In this document: piece by piece, positions 8,744 through 19,774 of the stretch
Layout of the letters: every line of letters begins with the position of its first letter
Numbering within the stretch: the stretch's first letter is position 1
Assembly: GCA_963555995.3 (NCBI GenBank)
Contig: OY821641.1
Span: forward strand, 2,528,001-2,592,000
DNA length: 64,000 nucleotides
Origin: Vicinamibacteria bacterium
GTDB lineage: Bacteria; Acidobacteriota; Vicinamibacteria; Marinacidobacterales; Marinacidobacteraceae
Direction of reading: 5' to 3'
Notes under the pieces: model-generated
Told to the model about the DNA's origin: nothing
What the model saw: only the letters and a program-made list of their open reading frames with translations
Databases searched by the model: none
Program-made: the position numbers and the translations under genes

Positions 8744-9835
8744 ATGAAGCGCAAGTCCCTGCTCCTGTTGACAGGCGCGACGGTCCTCGGCGTGGCCGGG
8801 GCCGGCGTGTTCGTCGTTCCGAACCTGACCCGGGTGAGCGAGGCGCGCGAGATCGCGCCCGCCGCCGAGGAAGCGGCGCCGACGCCGGTGAGCGTCGTCG
8901 AGGCGCGGCTCGGCCCGGTGGCCCTCCACCTCACCACCACCTCGGCCGTGGAAGCCGAACGTACCGCGCAGGTGCTGTCCGAGACCTCGGGCGTCCTGAC
9001 GGAGATCAGCATCCGCGAGGGCGATTCGGTCGCCGCCGGCCAGGTGCTGGCGCGGGTGGACGCCCGGGAGCGGCGGCTCGCCTTCCAGCAGGCCGAACTC
9101 CGGCTCTCGCGCGCCGAATCGGAACTCTCGCGCCAGCAGCGGGCCTTCGAGGCCGATCTGGTCGCCGCGTACGAGTACGAGAAGGCGCGCTTCGACCGGG
9201 ACCTCGCCGCCTCGGAACTGGAGACGGCGCGCCTCGAACTCGAACGCACCGAGATCCGCGCCCCCTTTGCCGGCAAGGTGACGGAGGTCCTGCTGGTCGA
9301 GGGCGGCCGGCTGGAGCCCGCCCAGCACCTGCTGACGCTCGCCGACCTGGGCACCCTGATCGCCCGGCTCTACGTGCCGGAACGGGACGTGGCCGGCCTC
9401 GCGCCCGGCCAGCCCGCCGTCGTCCGTCCCGAGTCCGACGCAAGCGGGACCGGCATCACCGGGCGCATCCGGGAAGTCAGCCCCATCGTGGATCCGGGCA
9501 CCGGCACCGTGAAGGTGACGGTGGCGCTGCCCGCGCCGGCGGGAACCGTGGTGCGGCCCGGTTCCTTCGCGCGGGTCGTCATCGAGACCGGCCGGCGCGA
9601 GAACGCGCTGCTGGCCCCCAAGCGGGCCGTCGTCCATAGCGAGACCGGCTCCCACGTCTTCGTGGTCGAGGAAGGCAGGGCCGTCCGCCGCGACGTGACC
9701 GTGGGGGTGGAGATGGAGAGCCCCGAGGGCGCGTTGATCGAGCTTGCGAACGGGCTCGAACCCGGCGCCCGCATCGTGGTCGCCGGCCACGGAGCCCTGA
9801 ATCCCGGCGCCCCGGTCGAAGTCCTGAACAACTGA
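8744..9835 (+). CDS. RND efflux periplasmic adaptor (membrane fusion protein)
   Basis: N-terminal TM, lipoyl halves (EGDSVAAGQVLARVD; IRAPFAGKV), SPIVDPGTGTVKV; RBS AGGAGAG before ATG 8744. Confidence 0.93.
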   Translation: MKRKSLLLLTGATVLGVAGAGVFVVPNLTRVSEAREIAPAAEEAAPTPVSVVEARLGPVALHLTTTSAVEAERTAQVLSETSGVLTEISIREGDSVAAGQVLARVDARERRLAFQQAELRLSRAESELSRQQRAFEADLVAAYEYEKARFDRDLAASELETARLELERTEIRAPFAGKVTEVLLVEGGRLEPAQHLLTLADLGTLIARLYVPERDVAGLAPGQPAVVRPESDASGTGITGRIREVSPIVDPGTGTVKVTVALPAPAGTVVRPGSFARVVIETGRRENALLAPKRAVVHSETGSHVFVVEEGRAVRRDVTVGVEMESPEGALIELANGLEPGARIVVAGHGALNPGAPVEVLNN

Positions 9836-9866
9836 CCGACCCGCTCCCCGCCCGGAGGAACGCCCC

Positions 9867-12800
9867 GTGAAATCCCTGATCGCCGCCTGCATCCGGCGCC
9901 CGGTGAGCGTCGGCATGTTCACCGTGGCCGCCTGCGTCTTCGGGCTCGTGGCCCTCGGCCGGCTGCCGGTCAACCTGCTCCCGGAGATCTCCTACCCCAC
10001 CCTGACGGTCGAGACGCGGATGCCGGGCGCCGCCCCCATCGAGGTGGAGACGCTGGTGACCCGGCCCATCGAGGAGGCCGCCTCCGTGGTCCCGGGCCTG
10101 CGCCGCGTCACCTCGCGGTCCCGCGCCGGCGCCTCCGAGGTCACCCTCGAGTTCGTCTGGGACACCAACATGGACTTCGCCGGGCTCGACGTGCGGGAGA
10201 AGCTCGACAGCGTCCTGCTCCCGGAGGACGCCGAACGGCCCCGGCTGCTGCGCTTCGACCCGGCCTCGGACGCGATCTTCCGCATCGGGGTCTCCGGCGA
10301 CCTGCCGCTCTCGAACATCCGGCAGTGGACCGAGGAAGACCTCAAGAAGGACCTCGACGCGGTGGACGGGGTCGCCGCCGTCCGCATCGAAGGCGGGCTG
10401 GTGCGCGAGATCCAGGTGGACGTGGACGAGGGCCGGCTCGCCGCCTACGGCATCACCGTCGCGGAGGTCCGGGACGCGCTCGCGGCCAACAACGTGAACC
10501 TCGCCGGGGGCAGCGTCTATGAGGACGAGGCGCGCTATCTGGTCCGCACCCTGAACGAACTGGACACCCTCGACCGCATCCGCGCGGTGATCGTGAAGGA
10601 CACCGGCGGGCGGCTCGTCCGGCTCCGCGACGTGGCCGAGGTCCGTTCGGGCTTCAAGGACCAGGAAGTGATCCTCCGCCAGGGCGGCGACGAGGGCGTC
10701 GAGGTCCGTATCTTCAAGGAGGGCGACGCGAACACGGTTCAGGTGGCCGAGGGAGTCCGGTCCCGGCTCGAAGCGCTGGAGGAATCCGTGCCCGCAGGAC
10801 TAGCCCTCGCGGTGCTCTTCGACCAGTCGCGGTTCATCGAGGGCGCCATCTCGGAGGTGGTCCGGAACGCCTGGGAAGGCGGACTGCTCGCCATCCTGGT
10901 GATCGCGCTCTTCCTCCGGGACCGGCGCTGCACCGCGGTGGTGGCGATGGCCATCCCGGTCTCGGTGGTCGCCACCTTCTTCGTGATGCAGCAGATGGGG
11001 CTCTCGCTGAACATCATGTCGCTCGGCGGGCTGGCGCTCGGGGTGGGCATGCTGCTCGACGACTCGATCGTGGTGCTGGAGGCGATCCACCGCCGGCACG
11101 CCGGCGGCGAGGGCGCGCGCGAGGCGGCGGTCGGCGGGACCGTCGAGGTCGCCGGCCCGGTGATCGCCTCGACGCTCACCACGGTCGCCGTCTTCCTGCC
11201 CATCGTCTTCGTGGAGGGCGTCGCGGGCCAGCTCTTCCGCGACCAGGCGCTCACCGTCTCCATCTCCATCCTGGCGTCCCTCGGTTTCTCGCTGGCGCTC
11301 ATCCCGGTGCTCTCGAGCCGGGGGATGATCGCGCCCGGCGCCGCCGAACCGAGGCGGGCTACAACCGCCGTACGGACGCTCCGCGGGCTGCGCCGCGGAC
11401 TCCGCTGGATCGGACGCGGGCTGATGGTCCCCCTGCGGCCTGTCGCGTCCGCCTTCACCGCGGCGGAGGGCGCCGTGGCGCGCGCCTACCCGCCGGTGCT
11501 GCGGGCGGCGCTCCGCCACCCGGTCACCGTCTTCGCGCTGGCGGCCGGGCTCTTCGCCGGTTCGCTGGCGGTGGGACGGGCCGGGATCGGCGTGGAACTC
11601 ATCCCGGCGCTCTCGCAGGGCGAGTTCCACTTCGACGTCCATCTCCCCGAGGGGTCCGCGGTGGCCGCGACCGACACGGTGGTGGACGCCGTCGGCGAAT
11701 CGGCGCTGGAAGACCCGGCCGTGCTCCGGGTGACCACCGAGGCGGGCGCCGCCGCCGGCGGCGGCTTCACGGGCGGCGCCGGACGCGCCGAGCACCAGGG
11801 CCGCGTCCAGGTCACGATGGCCGACCCGGGGGACAAGCTGGCCGAGGCGGCGGTGATCGAACGGATCCGCGCGGACCTCGCGGGACAGCCGGGCGTCCGC
11901 TACGAGTTCGGACGCCCGTCCTGGTTCAGTTTCCGGCAGCCCGTCGAGGTGGAGGTCTATTCGGAGGAACGCTCGCTGCTGGTCCCGAGCGCCCGCCGGG
12001 TGCAGGCGGCGGTCGCCGACGTGCCCGGGCTCGCCGACGTGCGCTCCACCGCCGAGGCGGGGAGCCCCGAGATCCGGGTGCGCTTCGCCGCCGACCGGCT
12101 CGCGAGCCTGGGCCTCACGGTGGACCAGGCGTCGGAGGGGCTGCGCTCCAAGCTGCGCGGCGAGGTCGCCACCCGGCTCGACGAGGGGGACCGGCGCATT
12201 GACGTGATGGTGCGGGGGGGCGAGAGCCTCCGCTCCCGCACCGCGGCGGTGCCGGAGCTGATCGTCCACGCCGAGGAGGCGCGGCCAGTGCCGCTCCGGG
12301 CGCTCGGGAACGCCGAGATCGCTGAGGGACCCGCCGAGCTCCGCCGGGTCGGACAACGGCCCGCGGTGGTGATCTCCGGCAACCTCGACGGCGCGGACCT
12401 CGAGAGCGCCACCACGGCCATTGATTCCCGCATCGCGGGACTCGGGCTCGCCCCCGGCGTCTCCACCCGGTTCGGGGGCCAGCGCGAGGAGATGGAGCGC
12501 TCCTTCGCGAGCCTGGCGCTCGCCATCGGGCTCGCGATCTTCCTCGTCTATTTCGTGATGGCGAGCCAATTCGAGTCGCTGCTGCACCCGTTCCTGATCC
12601 TGTTCACGATCCCCCTCGCCGCGATCGGGGTGGTCGGGGCGCTGCTGCTCTCCGGGTCCACGCTGAGCGTGATCGTCCTCATCGGCGTCGTGATGCTGGC
12701 CGGGATCGTGGTGAAGAACGCCATCGTGCTGGTGGACTGCATCAACCGGCTGCGGCGCGAGGGGATGGAGAAGGCGGAAGCGATCGTCGCGGCGGGCCGG

Positions 12801-13004
12801 ATCCGGCTGCGGCCGATCCTGATGACCACGCTGACGACCATCCTGGGGCTGACCCCGATGGCGCTCGGGCTCGGCGAAGGCGCGGAGATCCGGGGGCCGA
12901 TGGCCATCACCGTCATCGGCGGACTGCTCGTCTCCACCCTGCTCACGCTGGTGGTGATCCCGACGGCGTACTCGGTGTTTGACCGGAAGAGGTTTGCGGC
13001 GTGA
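9867..13004 (+). CDS. RND efflux permease subunit 1 (AcrB family)
   Basis: 1045 aa; LPVNLLPEISYP, GMLLDDSIVVLE, GIVVKNAIVLVD, RLRPILMTT. Confidence 0.95.
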   Translation: MKSLIAACIRRPVSVGMFTVAACVFGLVALGRLPVNLLPEISYPTLTVETRMPGAAPIEVETLVTRPIEEAASVVPGLRRVTSRSRAGASEVTLEFVWDTNMDFAGLDVREKLDSVLLPEDAERPRLLRFDPASDAIFRIGVSGDLPLSNIRQWTEEDLKKDLDAVDGVAAVRIEGGLVREIQVDVDEGRLAAYGITVAEVRDALAANNVNLAGGSVYEDEARYLVRTLNELDTLDRIRAVIVKDTGGRLVRLRDVAEVRSGFKDQEVILRQGGDEGVEVRIFKEGDANTVQVAEGVRSRLEALEESVPAGLALAVLFDQSRFIEGAISEVVRNAWEGGLLAILVIALFLRDRRCTAVVAMAIPVSVVATFFVMQQMGLSLNIMSLGGLALGVGMLLDDSIVVLEAIHRRHAGGEGAREAAVGGTVEVAGPVIASTLTTVAVFLPIVFVEGVAGQLFRDQALTVSISILASLGFSLALIPVLSSRGMIAPGAAEPRRATTAVRTLRGLRRGLRWIGRGLMVPLRPVASAFTAAEGAVARAYPPVLRAALRHPVTVFALAAGLFAGSLAVGRAGIGVELIPALSQGEFHFDVHLPEGSAVAATDTVVDAVGESALEDPAVLRVTTEAGAAAGGGFTGGAGRAEHQGRVQVTMADPGDKLAEAAVIERIRADLAGQPGVRYEFGRPSWFSFRQPVEVEVYSEERSLLVPSARRVQAAVADVPGLADVRSTAEAGSPEIRVRFAADRLASLGLTVDQASEGLRSKLRGEVATRLDEGDRRIDVMVRGGESLRSRTAAVPELIVHAEEARPVPLRALGNAEIAEGPAELRRVGQRPAVVISGNLDGADLESATTAIDSRIAGLGLAPGVSTRFGGQREEMERSFASLALAIGLAIFLVYFVMASQFESLLHPFLILFTIPLAAIGVVGALLLSGSTLSVIVLIGVVMLAGIVVKNAIVLVDCINRLRREGMEKAEAIVAAGRIRLRPILMTTLTTILGLTPMALGLGEGAEIRGPMAITVIGGLLVSTLLTLVVIPTAYSVFDRKRFAA

Positions 13005-13047
13005 GGACTTCGGGGCGTCTCGCGTTTCGCCTCGCTTCGCTCGGCGG

Positions 13048-13097
13048 TGCCGGTCTGAAGACCGGCGCTCCCACCGGCGCTCCCACCGGCGCTCCCA
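13048..13097. repeat. REP-like palindrome with its end triplicated (CCGGCGCTCCCA x3) between the two RND genes
   Basis: Direct reading of 13048-13097. Confidence 0.8.
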
Positions 13098-13101
13098 CGG
13101 C

Positions 13102-16100
13102 ATGAGTCTTCCCAAACTCGCCGTGAACCGGCCCGTCACCACCGCGATGGTGCTGCTGAGCCTGCTGGTGCTGGGAGGCATCTCGTTCAGCCGGATCCCC
13201 CTCGCCTTCCTGCCGGACGTGGACTTCCCCGGGGTCTTCGTGACCGTCCCCTACCCGAACGCCAGCCCCCGGCAGATCGAGCGCGAGATCGTGCAGCCGC
13301 TCGAGGAGGCGCTCGCCACCATCCCCGGCGCCCGCCGGATCAGCTCCACCGCCACCGCCGACAGCGCCGACCTCCAGCTCGAGTTCACGTGGGGCGAGAC
13401 GGTGGACGTGGCCCGCGCGAAGGTGTTCGAGGCTGTCGAGGACGCGCGCCCGGACCTGCCGAGCGACGTGCGGGAGATCTACGTCAACACCTTCTCGACC
13501 ACCCAGATCCCGATCGTGGAGGCGCGGATCTCCGCCTCCGGCATGGACCTCTCGGCGAACTACGACCGTCTGGAGCGCCGCATCGCCGACCCCATCCGCC
13601 GCATCCCGGGGGTCGCCCGGGTGGACCTCAACGGGGTGGAGCCGCGCGAGGTGCGGATCAACCTGCGCCTCGACCGGCTCGCCGCCCACCGCCTCGACCT
13701 CGGCGAGATCGTGGACCGCGTCTCCAACATGAACCGCAACGTCTCGCTCGGACGCATCCGGACGGACGGCGAGGTGACCCCGGTGCGCGGGTTCGGGGCC
13801 CTGTCGGCGATCGAGGAGATCGGGAGCCTGCCGCTGGACGACCAGGGCCTCTCGGTCGCCGACGTCGCCGACGTGACCTACCGGGAGCCGCCGATCCCCT
13901 TCGGCCGGCGCCTGAACGACGAGACCGCCATCGCGCTCACCGTTTACAAGAGCGCCCAGGCGAACACCGTGGAGGTCGCCACCGCGGTCACCGAGCGGAT
14001 CGAGACCGAGATCGCCAGCGACCCGTCGCTCGCCGGCATCAACCTGTTCGTCTGGGACGACCAGGCGGAGGAGATCACCTCCGGACTCGCCGGCATCCGC
14101 ACCGAGGGCCTGCTGGGCGCGATCTTCGCCGTCGTCCTCCTCTTCCTGTTCCTGCGCCGGGTGGACACCACTTCGATCATCAGCCTGACGATCCCGATGT
14201 CCATCATCGCGACCGCGATCGTCCTCTACTTCGCCGGACGCTCCCTCAACGTCCTGTCCATGATGGGCATGATGCTCGGCATCGGCCTCCTGGTGGACGA
14301 CGCCATCGTGGTCCTCGAATCCATCGTGCGCGAGCACGGCCGGGGGATCCCCGCGAAGGCGGCGGCGGTCACCGGCGCCCGGGCGGTCTCCGGGGCGGTG
14401 ATCGCCTCGACGGTCACCACCGCGGTGGTGTTCCTGCCGACGGTGGTGGGCCCGAAGAACCAGATGTCCATCTGGCTCGGGGAGATCGGCCTCGCGATCA
14501 CGCTGACCATCTTCTGCTCGCTGTTCATCTCGCTGACCCTGATCCCGCTGGTGAGTTCGCGCCTCCTCGCCAGGAAGCCCTCGGTCGCGCCCCGCTGGAC
14601 CGAGCGGCTGGGCGAGCTCTACCAACGGGTCCTGCGCTTCACCCTGCGCCGCCGCTGGATCACCGCCGGCGTCGCCGCCGCCTTCCTGGCCACCGCGGTC
14701 CTGCCGTTCTTCCTCGGGCTCTCCACCGCGATGTTCTCCGGGACCAACCGGAACCGCATCTACCTCGCCTACGAGTTCGACGACTTCCACTTCAAGGAGG
14801 ACGCCCGGCTCGCGGTGCTGGCCGTCGAACGCGAACTCGGGGACGTCCGGGAGGAACTCGGGATCGCTTCGGTGTACAGCTACTTCGCCGAGAACGAGGC
14901 GCAGACGGTGATCTCGTTCGCGGACGAACACATCTCGGACGCCGAAGGCAGGGAGATGAAGCAGCGGGTCGAGGAGGTGCTGCCCACCCTGCCCGGAACC
15001 CGGATCGTGTTCGGCGACGACGACGAGGCAACCGGCGGCGACAGCATGTTCTTCCGGGTCCGGTTCTACGGCGAGGACTCCGAGCGGCTCGCCGGGATCG
15101 CGAGCGAAGCCCAGGACCGGGTGGCCGGCGTCACCGGGGTGGCCGACATCCAGAGCGCCGGGGACAACCCCCGGAAGGAGGTGGTGGTGCGGCCGCGGAC
15201 CGAGGAAGCCGCCCGGCTCGGCATCAGCCCGCGGGACCTCGCCGAGATCTTCGGCTTCACGCTGGGCGGACGGCCGCTCCGCCGCTTCCAGACCGAGGAT
15301 CGGGAAGCCGAAGTGCTCCTCATGATGTCCCAGGCGGACGTCTCGCGGGTGGAGGACCTCCGCAACTTCACCCTGATCACCGGCGGCGGCGTCCCGATCG
15401 CGTTCGGCAACCTGGCCGACTTCGAGATCGTCGAGCGCAGCCGGACGATCCAGCGGGTGGACCGCAAGGCGGTGGCCACGCTCCGCGCCTCCTACGAGGG
15501 CGAGGCGTGGGAGGACGCCCGCGCCGCAATCGAGGAGGAGCTCGACGCCATGGCGCTCCCCGCCGGCTATTCGTGGTCGTTCGGCGAGCGGATCAACCGG
15601 CAGGACACCGACCTCCAGAACATGGCGGTGAACTACCTGCTGGCGCTCCTCCTCATCTACATCGTGATGGCGGCCCAGTTCGAGTCGCTCATCCATCCCC
15701 TCGCGATCCTGATCTCGATCCCCTACGCGCTCTGGGGCGCGTCCTGGACGCTGCTCGCCACGAACAGCCCCTTCAACCTGATGGCCCAGATCGGCATGCT
15801 CATCCTCATGGGCATCGTGGTGAAGAACGGCATCGTGCTCATTGACCACGTGAACAAGCTCCGCCGGGACGGCATGGACCGCACCGAGGCCCTCCTGGTC
15901 GGCGGCCGCGACCGCCTCCGCCCCATCCTGATGACCGCGGGCGCCACCATGCTCGCCCTCGTCCCGATGGGCATCGGCCGGACCGGGCTCGACGGCCTCT
16001 ACTACTTCCCGCTCGCCCGCACCGTCATCGGCGGCCTCGCCGCCTCCACCGTCCTGACGCTCGTCATCCTGCCCTTCTTCTACACCCTCCTCGACGACCT

Positions 16101-16182
16101 CGCCACCAAGGCCCGCCGCGTCTGGCGGGCGAGCACCCCGACGGCTGCGGTTCCAGCGGCCGAACCAGCCCAAGCCTCCTGA
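13102..16182 (+). CDS. RND efflux permease subunit 2 (likely heteromeric pair with subunit 1)
   Basis: Starts MSLPKLAVNRPVTT; GLLVDDAIVVLE, GIVVKNGIVLID, RLRPILMT. Confidence 0.95.
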   Translation: MSLPKLAVNRPVTTAMVLLSLLVLGGISFSRIPLAFLPDVDFPGVFVTVPYPNASPRQIEREIVQPLEEALATIPGARRISSTATADSADLQLEFTWGETVDVARAKVFEAVEDARPDLPSDVREIYVNTFSTTQIPIVEARISASGMDLSANYDRLERRIADPIRRIPGVARVDLNGVEPREVRINLRLDRLAAHRLDLGEIVDRVSNMNRNVSLGRIRTDGEVTPVRGFGALSAIEEIGSLPLDDQGLSVADVADVTYREPPIPFGRRLNDETAIALTVYKSAQANTVEVATAVTERIETEIASDPSLAGINLFVWDDQAEEITSGLAGIRTEGLLGAIFAVVLLFLFLRRVDTTSIISLTIPMSIIATAIVLYFAGRSLNVLSMMGMMLGIGLLVDDAIVVLESIVREHGRGIPAKAAAVTGARAVSGAVIASTVTTAVVFLPTVVGPKNQMSIWLGEIGLAITLTIFCSLFISLTLIPLVSSRLLARKPSVAPRWTERLGELYQRVLRFTLRRRWITAGVAAAFLATAVLPFFLGLSTAMFSGTNRNRIYLAYEFDDFHFKEDARLAVLAVERELGDVREELGIASVYSYFAENEAQTVISFADEHISDAEGREMKQRVEEVLPTLPGTRIVFGDDDEATGGDSMFFRVRFYGEDSERLAGIASEAQDRVAGVTGVADIQSAGDNPRKEVVVRPRTEEAARLGISPRDLAEIFGFTLGGRPLRRFQTEDREAEVLLMMSQADVSRVEDLRNFTLITGGGVPIAFGNLADFEIVERSRTIQRVDRKAVATLRASYEGEAWEDARAAIEEELDAMALPAGYSWSFGERINRQDTDLQNMAVNYLLALLLIYIVMAAQFESLIHPLAILISIPYALWGASWTLLATNSPFNLMAQIGMLILMGIVVKNGIVLIDHVNKLRRDGMDRTEALLVGGRDRLRPILMTAGATMLALVPMGIGRTGLDGLYYFPLARTVIGGLAASTVLTLVILPFFYTLLDDLATKARRVWRASTPTAAVPAAEPAQAS

Positions 16183-16224
16183 CCGTCAAGGACCACCCTC
16201 ACCTCGCGAACATCACACCCCCGG

Positions 16225-16333
16225 CTTGGAACGCCGGTCTCCAGACCGGCACGCGGGCCGAAGGCCCGCAACCGCACCCCCTCCACCCGGCGGCGCGACC
16301 GAAACGGCTTGGAACGCCGGTCTCCGACCGGCA
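16225..16333 (+). repeat. Two tandem REP-like palindromes (CTTGGAACGCCGGTCTCC(A)GACCGGCA)
   Basis: Copies at 16225 and 16308, between convergent genes. Confidence 0.85.
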
Positions 16334-16354
16334 CCGCCCGCCGCAGGCGGGCGA

Positions 16355-19300
16355 TCAGTCGGTCTCGAACCCGTGATTCCGGAACTTCAGCGTTCCGCAG
16401 TTCTCCTCCACCACCCGCCGCACGGTTTCGGGCGCCCCGCCGGGGACTTCGGCCTGGATCTCCACCGTGACCGTCACCTTGGCCTTCGGCAACGTGGTCA
16501 GGTGGTCGAGCACTTCCTCGGCCACCTTCCCGAAGTCGCGCGCCGCCCGGGCCGCGTTCAGTTCCACGGACCCGTAGAACCGGCGATGGACCTCGGGCGA
16601 CTCGGGCTCGGCATCGGGATCGGCCGAATCCGGCGCGTCCGGGGCATCGGGCTGCTCCACCTCACCCGGTTCAGCCTGGCCCCCCGTCTCCCGCGCTCGC
16701 TGGGCGAACGCCGCTTCCGGTCGCACCACCACGCTCAGGCTGCCGATCTCGACGGCGGCCCCGGCCTGTCCGACCCGGAGCCCGAGGTATTCCCCCTTCT
16801 CCTCGTCGAACCCGCCCGCGTAGGCGAAGTTCGGGCAGGTCAGCTCGGCCGCTCCCCGCGCGATCCCCTCGGCGAGCGCCTTCCGGTTCTTCAGGCGCGG
16901 CAGGTAAAGGTACGACGCGAGATCCCCAAGAAGCTGCTTCGTGCCGAGATGGTCCGCATCCCGCCAGAGCTTCCCGTCGTTCATCGCCATGCGGAGCCGG
17001 AGCGGTCCCAGCGTCGAGATCAGCTTCTCTTCCCGCACCATCGCCTTCGACATCCTGGCCGCAAGCGACGGCTCGTCGCCCGACAGCCGGGTCTCGCCCC
17101 ACGTCACCGGAGCGCCGGGACCGGCTTCGGTCGGCTCCAGCGCCACGACCCACGCCTGGGCGATCCGGCCGTCCACCGCGGTCTCGAACTCCGCGCGCTT
17201 CGCCTCCGCCTGGCGCTTCTGCGCCGGTTCGAGTTCGAGGTCGTCGTCGTCGCAGATCGAACGCCACGCCATCAGGAACCGCACGCCATCACGGACCACC
17301 TCCATCCGCCGGGAATCCGCCGCGAGGAAGAGCAGCGCGTTCCGATGGACGCGCGGCCCGCTACCGCGGCTTTCGAGGAACTCCAGCGCCCTCGGGACGG
17401 CAAGGTCCGGCTCGCCCTTCGCCGCGTGCGGGAACGCCGGTCCGAGGATCACCAGGCCGGCATCCGTCTCGTCGGGAACGTCGGCGGGCGACTCCGGCGC
17501 GATGTGGACCCGCTCGAACTCCCCGCGTCCTTTCTGCCGGCGCAGCCGCTTCACCAGCTCGGCGTCCACCTCGGCGCGCTCGATGGCGGCGGCGCGGTCG
17601 TCGGCGAGGCGCGCAACGCTCGGCCTGGTGGCGAACCAGTGCCGCGACCCGTCCTGGTAGAGGTAGGTCGCCCGGTCGGAAAGACGCCGCAGCGCGTCCC
17701 CGTAGGCGGAGACCGACTCCCCCGGCTGGGCGCAGGCGAGCCGGATCTGCCGGTCGTCAATGCCGCGGTTCCGGCCCGTCGCCGCCGGCGCGGACCCCAC
17801 GAACACCGAGCGCGCCACGCGGCGGGTGGCGGACAGCTTGCCGAACCGGGGGGACTCCCGGTCCACCTGGGCGGAGGTCGCGTGGCTGCCGTCCACGTCC
17901 TTCCCGATGACCGCGCTCCAGTTCCCTTCGAGGTATTTCAGGATCTCGGGCCGCACCGCCCCGTCGTCCAGCGGCACGAACGACGGGAGGATGAGCAGGC
18001 CCGGGTCCCCCTGTTCCCAGAGCGCCTGGATGACGGCGGCCATGAACCGCAGCACCCCGCGCGTCCGCTGGAACTTGTCGAGGCCGCCCCAGTCGTCGTA
18101 GAGCCGGTCGAAGAGTTCCGGATGGATGGGATACGCCGCCTCCATGCGGCGGCGGTAGGCGCTTTCCCCGCACCCCGCGGGGAACTCCCGTCCCCCCTTC
18201 GCATACATGGCGATGAACGCCTTGAGGACGGCGTCGCGGGAGATGTAGTCCGACTTCGCGGGCAGGGGTTCGAAGAGGCGGCGGCGGACGATCTCGAAGC
18301 CCTCCTCGGCGGTCGCCGGCAGCCACGGGGACTCCATCCGCCCGAAGGTGTTCCGCAGCCGCTCGAGCGCCTGCTGCCCCCCTTCCCCGCCGATCTCCAC
18401 CTGCGACGCGGGAAGGCTCGCGACCACCATCGCGCCGGGCGCGGCGCGCGCCGCCTCGGTGAGCGACTGCACGAAGGTCAGGTTTGCGTCGAACGACCCC
18501 GCCGCCGGCGGCTCGGGCAACCGGTACAACTGGCGAATGAAGGCGACCCATTCGTCAATGAGCACGATGCAGGGAGCCGTCTTCGAGAACAGCTCCACCA
18601 GTCGTTCCGAGCCGGGGCTCAACCCCTGCTCATCCGACCGGGCGACGACCGCGTAGCCGTCCGGCCCGCCGAGTTGCCACGCCATCTCTCCCCAGAGCGT
18701 GCGGGTCCGCGTCCCGTCCTCCTTCTCGCGCGGCTCGCTCGGCGAGAGATTCGTGCCCACCAGCACCGCCCGCCGGCCCTTCGGCAGCGCCTCCACACCG
18801 AAGTCCCGCATCAACTCCTCGACGCCGGGCAGCCGGTTCGCGCGCACCGGCCCGAACAGGTGGTAGAGCGCGAGCATCGAGTGCGTCTTGCCGCCCCCGA
18901 AGTTCGTCTGCAGCTCGATCACTGGGTCCCCGCCCGTGCCGGAAAGCCGCAGCACCGCGCTCCGGAGCAGGGAGCGGATCCCAGTGGTCAGGAAGGTGCG
19001 GCGGTAGAAGTCCTCGGGGTCGCCGTATTCGGATCGCGCCGTCCCCGCGTGCACCTGCGCGAGGTCGGCCGCGAACTGCGCCTGCTGGTAGTTCCCCGAG
19101 CGCACGTCCTCGTGCGGGACGATCACCTGCCGCCACGAGCGGAGCCCGGACTGCGGCTTCGGCTCCGCCACCCCCCGCTGCTTGACCCGGTTCCGCGCGC
19201 TCTGGTCGCTGATGATCCGCAGCAACTCCTGGCGGATGGAGTCGGCGGCGGCGGCCTGCGACGACGCGCCGACCGAGGCGAGGAGGCGCTGCGCCGTGTC

Positions 19301-19636
19301 GAGCGCCCGGTAGGTGTCCTCGGAACTGAAGGGCTTCTCGTGCGCAAAGGCGTTCCGGATCTCGCGCAGTTCGCTCACCCAGGACCGTTCGGCGTGGCCG
19401 AGGGTCTCCCGGAAGACGCTCTGCCAGTTGTCCGCCATCGCCCGCAGCACGGCCTGGCTGTCCCACTGGACCTTTCCGTCACGGTCGCGGGACAGCGCGA
19501 AGGGCCAGTTGGAATCCAGCCGCGCGTCCCAGTCCCGGCCCAGCCGGCTGCGGAGGCTCCGTTCGACGAAAGGAGCGAGACCCTCCCGCACCGCGTCCAG
19601 CGCCCGCTGCACCCGGTCGCGGTTCGTTACGGCCAT
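16355..19636 (-). CDS. Swt1-like HEPN + DUF499 AAA+ ATPase
   Basis: Start MAVTNRDRV; HEPN motif ELREIRNAFAH; Walker A LQTNFGGGKTHS; Walker B VLIDEW; YPIHPE; FQRTRGVLR. Confidence 0.92.
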   Translation of the reverse strand: MAVTNRDRVQRALDAVREGLAPFVERSLRSRLGRDWDARLDSNWPFALSRDRDGKVQWDSQAVLRAMADNWQSVFRETLGHAERSWVSELREIRNAFAHEKPFSSEDTYRALDTAQRLLASVGASSQAAAADSIRQELLRIISDQSARNRVKQRGVAEPKPQSGLRSWRQVIVPHEDVRSGNYQQAQFAADLAQVHAGTARSEYGDPEDFYRRTFLTTGIRSLLRSAVLRLSGTGGDPVIELQTNFGGGKTHSMLALYHLFGPVRANRLPGVEELMRDFGVEALPKGRRAVLVGTNLSPSEPREKEDGTRTRTLWGEMAWQLGGPDGYAVVARSDEQGLSPGSERLVELFSKTAPCIVLIDEWVAFIRQLYRLPEPPAAGSFDANLTFVQSLTEAARAAPGAMVVASLPASQVEIGGEGGQQALERLRNTFGRMESPWLPATAEEGFEIVRRRLFEPLPAKSDYISRDAVLKAFIAMYAKGGREFPAGCGESAYRRRMEAAYPIHPELFDRLYDDWGGLDKFQRTRGVLRFMAAVIQALWEQGDPGLLILPSFVPLDDGAVRPEILKYLEGNWSAVIGKDVDGSHATSAQVDRESPRFGKLSATRRVARSVFVGSAPAATGRNRGIDDRQIRLACAQPGESVSAYGDALRRLSDRATYLYQDGSRHWFATRPSVARLADDRAAAIERAEVDAELVKRLRRQKGRGEFERVHIAPESPADVPDETDAGLVILGPAFPHAAKGEPDLAVPRALEFLESRGSGPRVHRNALLFLAADSRRMEVVRDGVRFLMAWRSICDDDDLELEPAQKRQAEAKRAEFETAVDGRIAQAWVVALEPTEAGPGAPVTWGETRLSGDEPSLAARMSKAMVREEKLISTLGPLRLRMAMNDGKLWRDADHLGTKQLLGDLASYLYLPRLKNRKALAEGIARGAAELTCPNFAYAGGFDEEKGEYLGLRVGQAGAAVEIGSLSVVVRPEAAFAQRARETGGQAEPGEVEQPDAPDAPDSADPDAEPESPEVHRRFYGSVELNAARAARDFGKVAEEVLDHLTTLPKAKVTVTVEIQAEVPGGAPETVRRVVEENCGTLKFRNHGFETD

Positions 19637-19774
19637 TTCGGGCCAGCGTACCGCCTCCGGGAAATCCGACCAACCGGTGCGGGCCAAGGAAGGGGATACC
19701 AAACAACGAGAACCACGGGCAGACAATGGACCGCCGACCTTTGGGTCGGCATCGCCCGCCTACTGGTAGGTGAA

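Noticed and set aside
16226-19774. 1351-aa plus-strand ORF, and similar long ORFs such as 583..2472, 10800..13181, 12943..16173, 30898..33372, 46318..48930 and 49735..52116
   Set aside because: Antisense or alternate-frame shadows of well-supported genes in high-GC DNA; Arg/Pro/Gly-rich with no motifs. Only the last 168 codons of the 1351-aa ORF look real.
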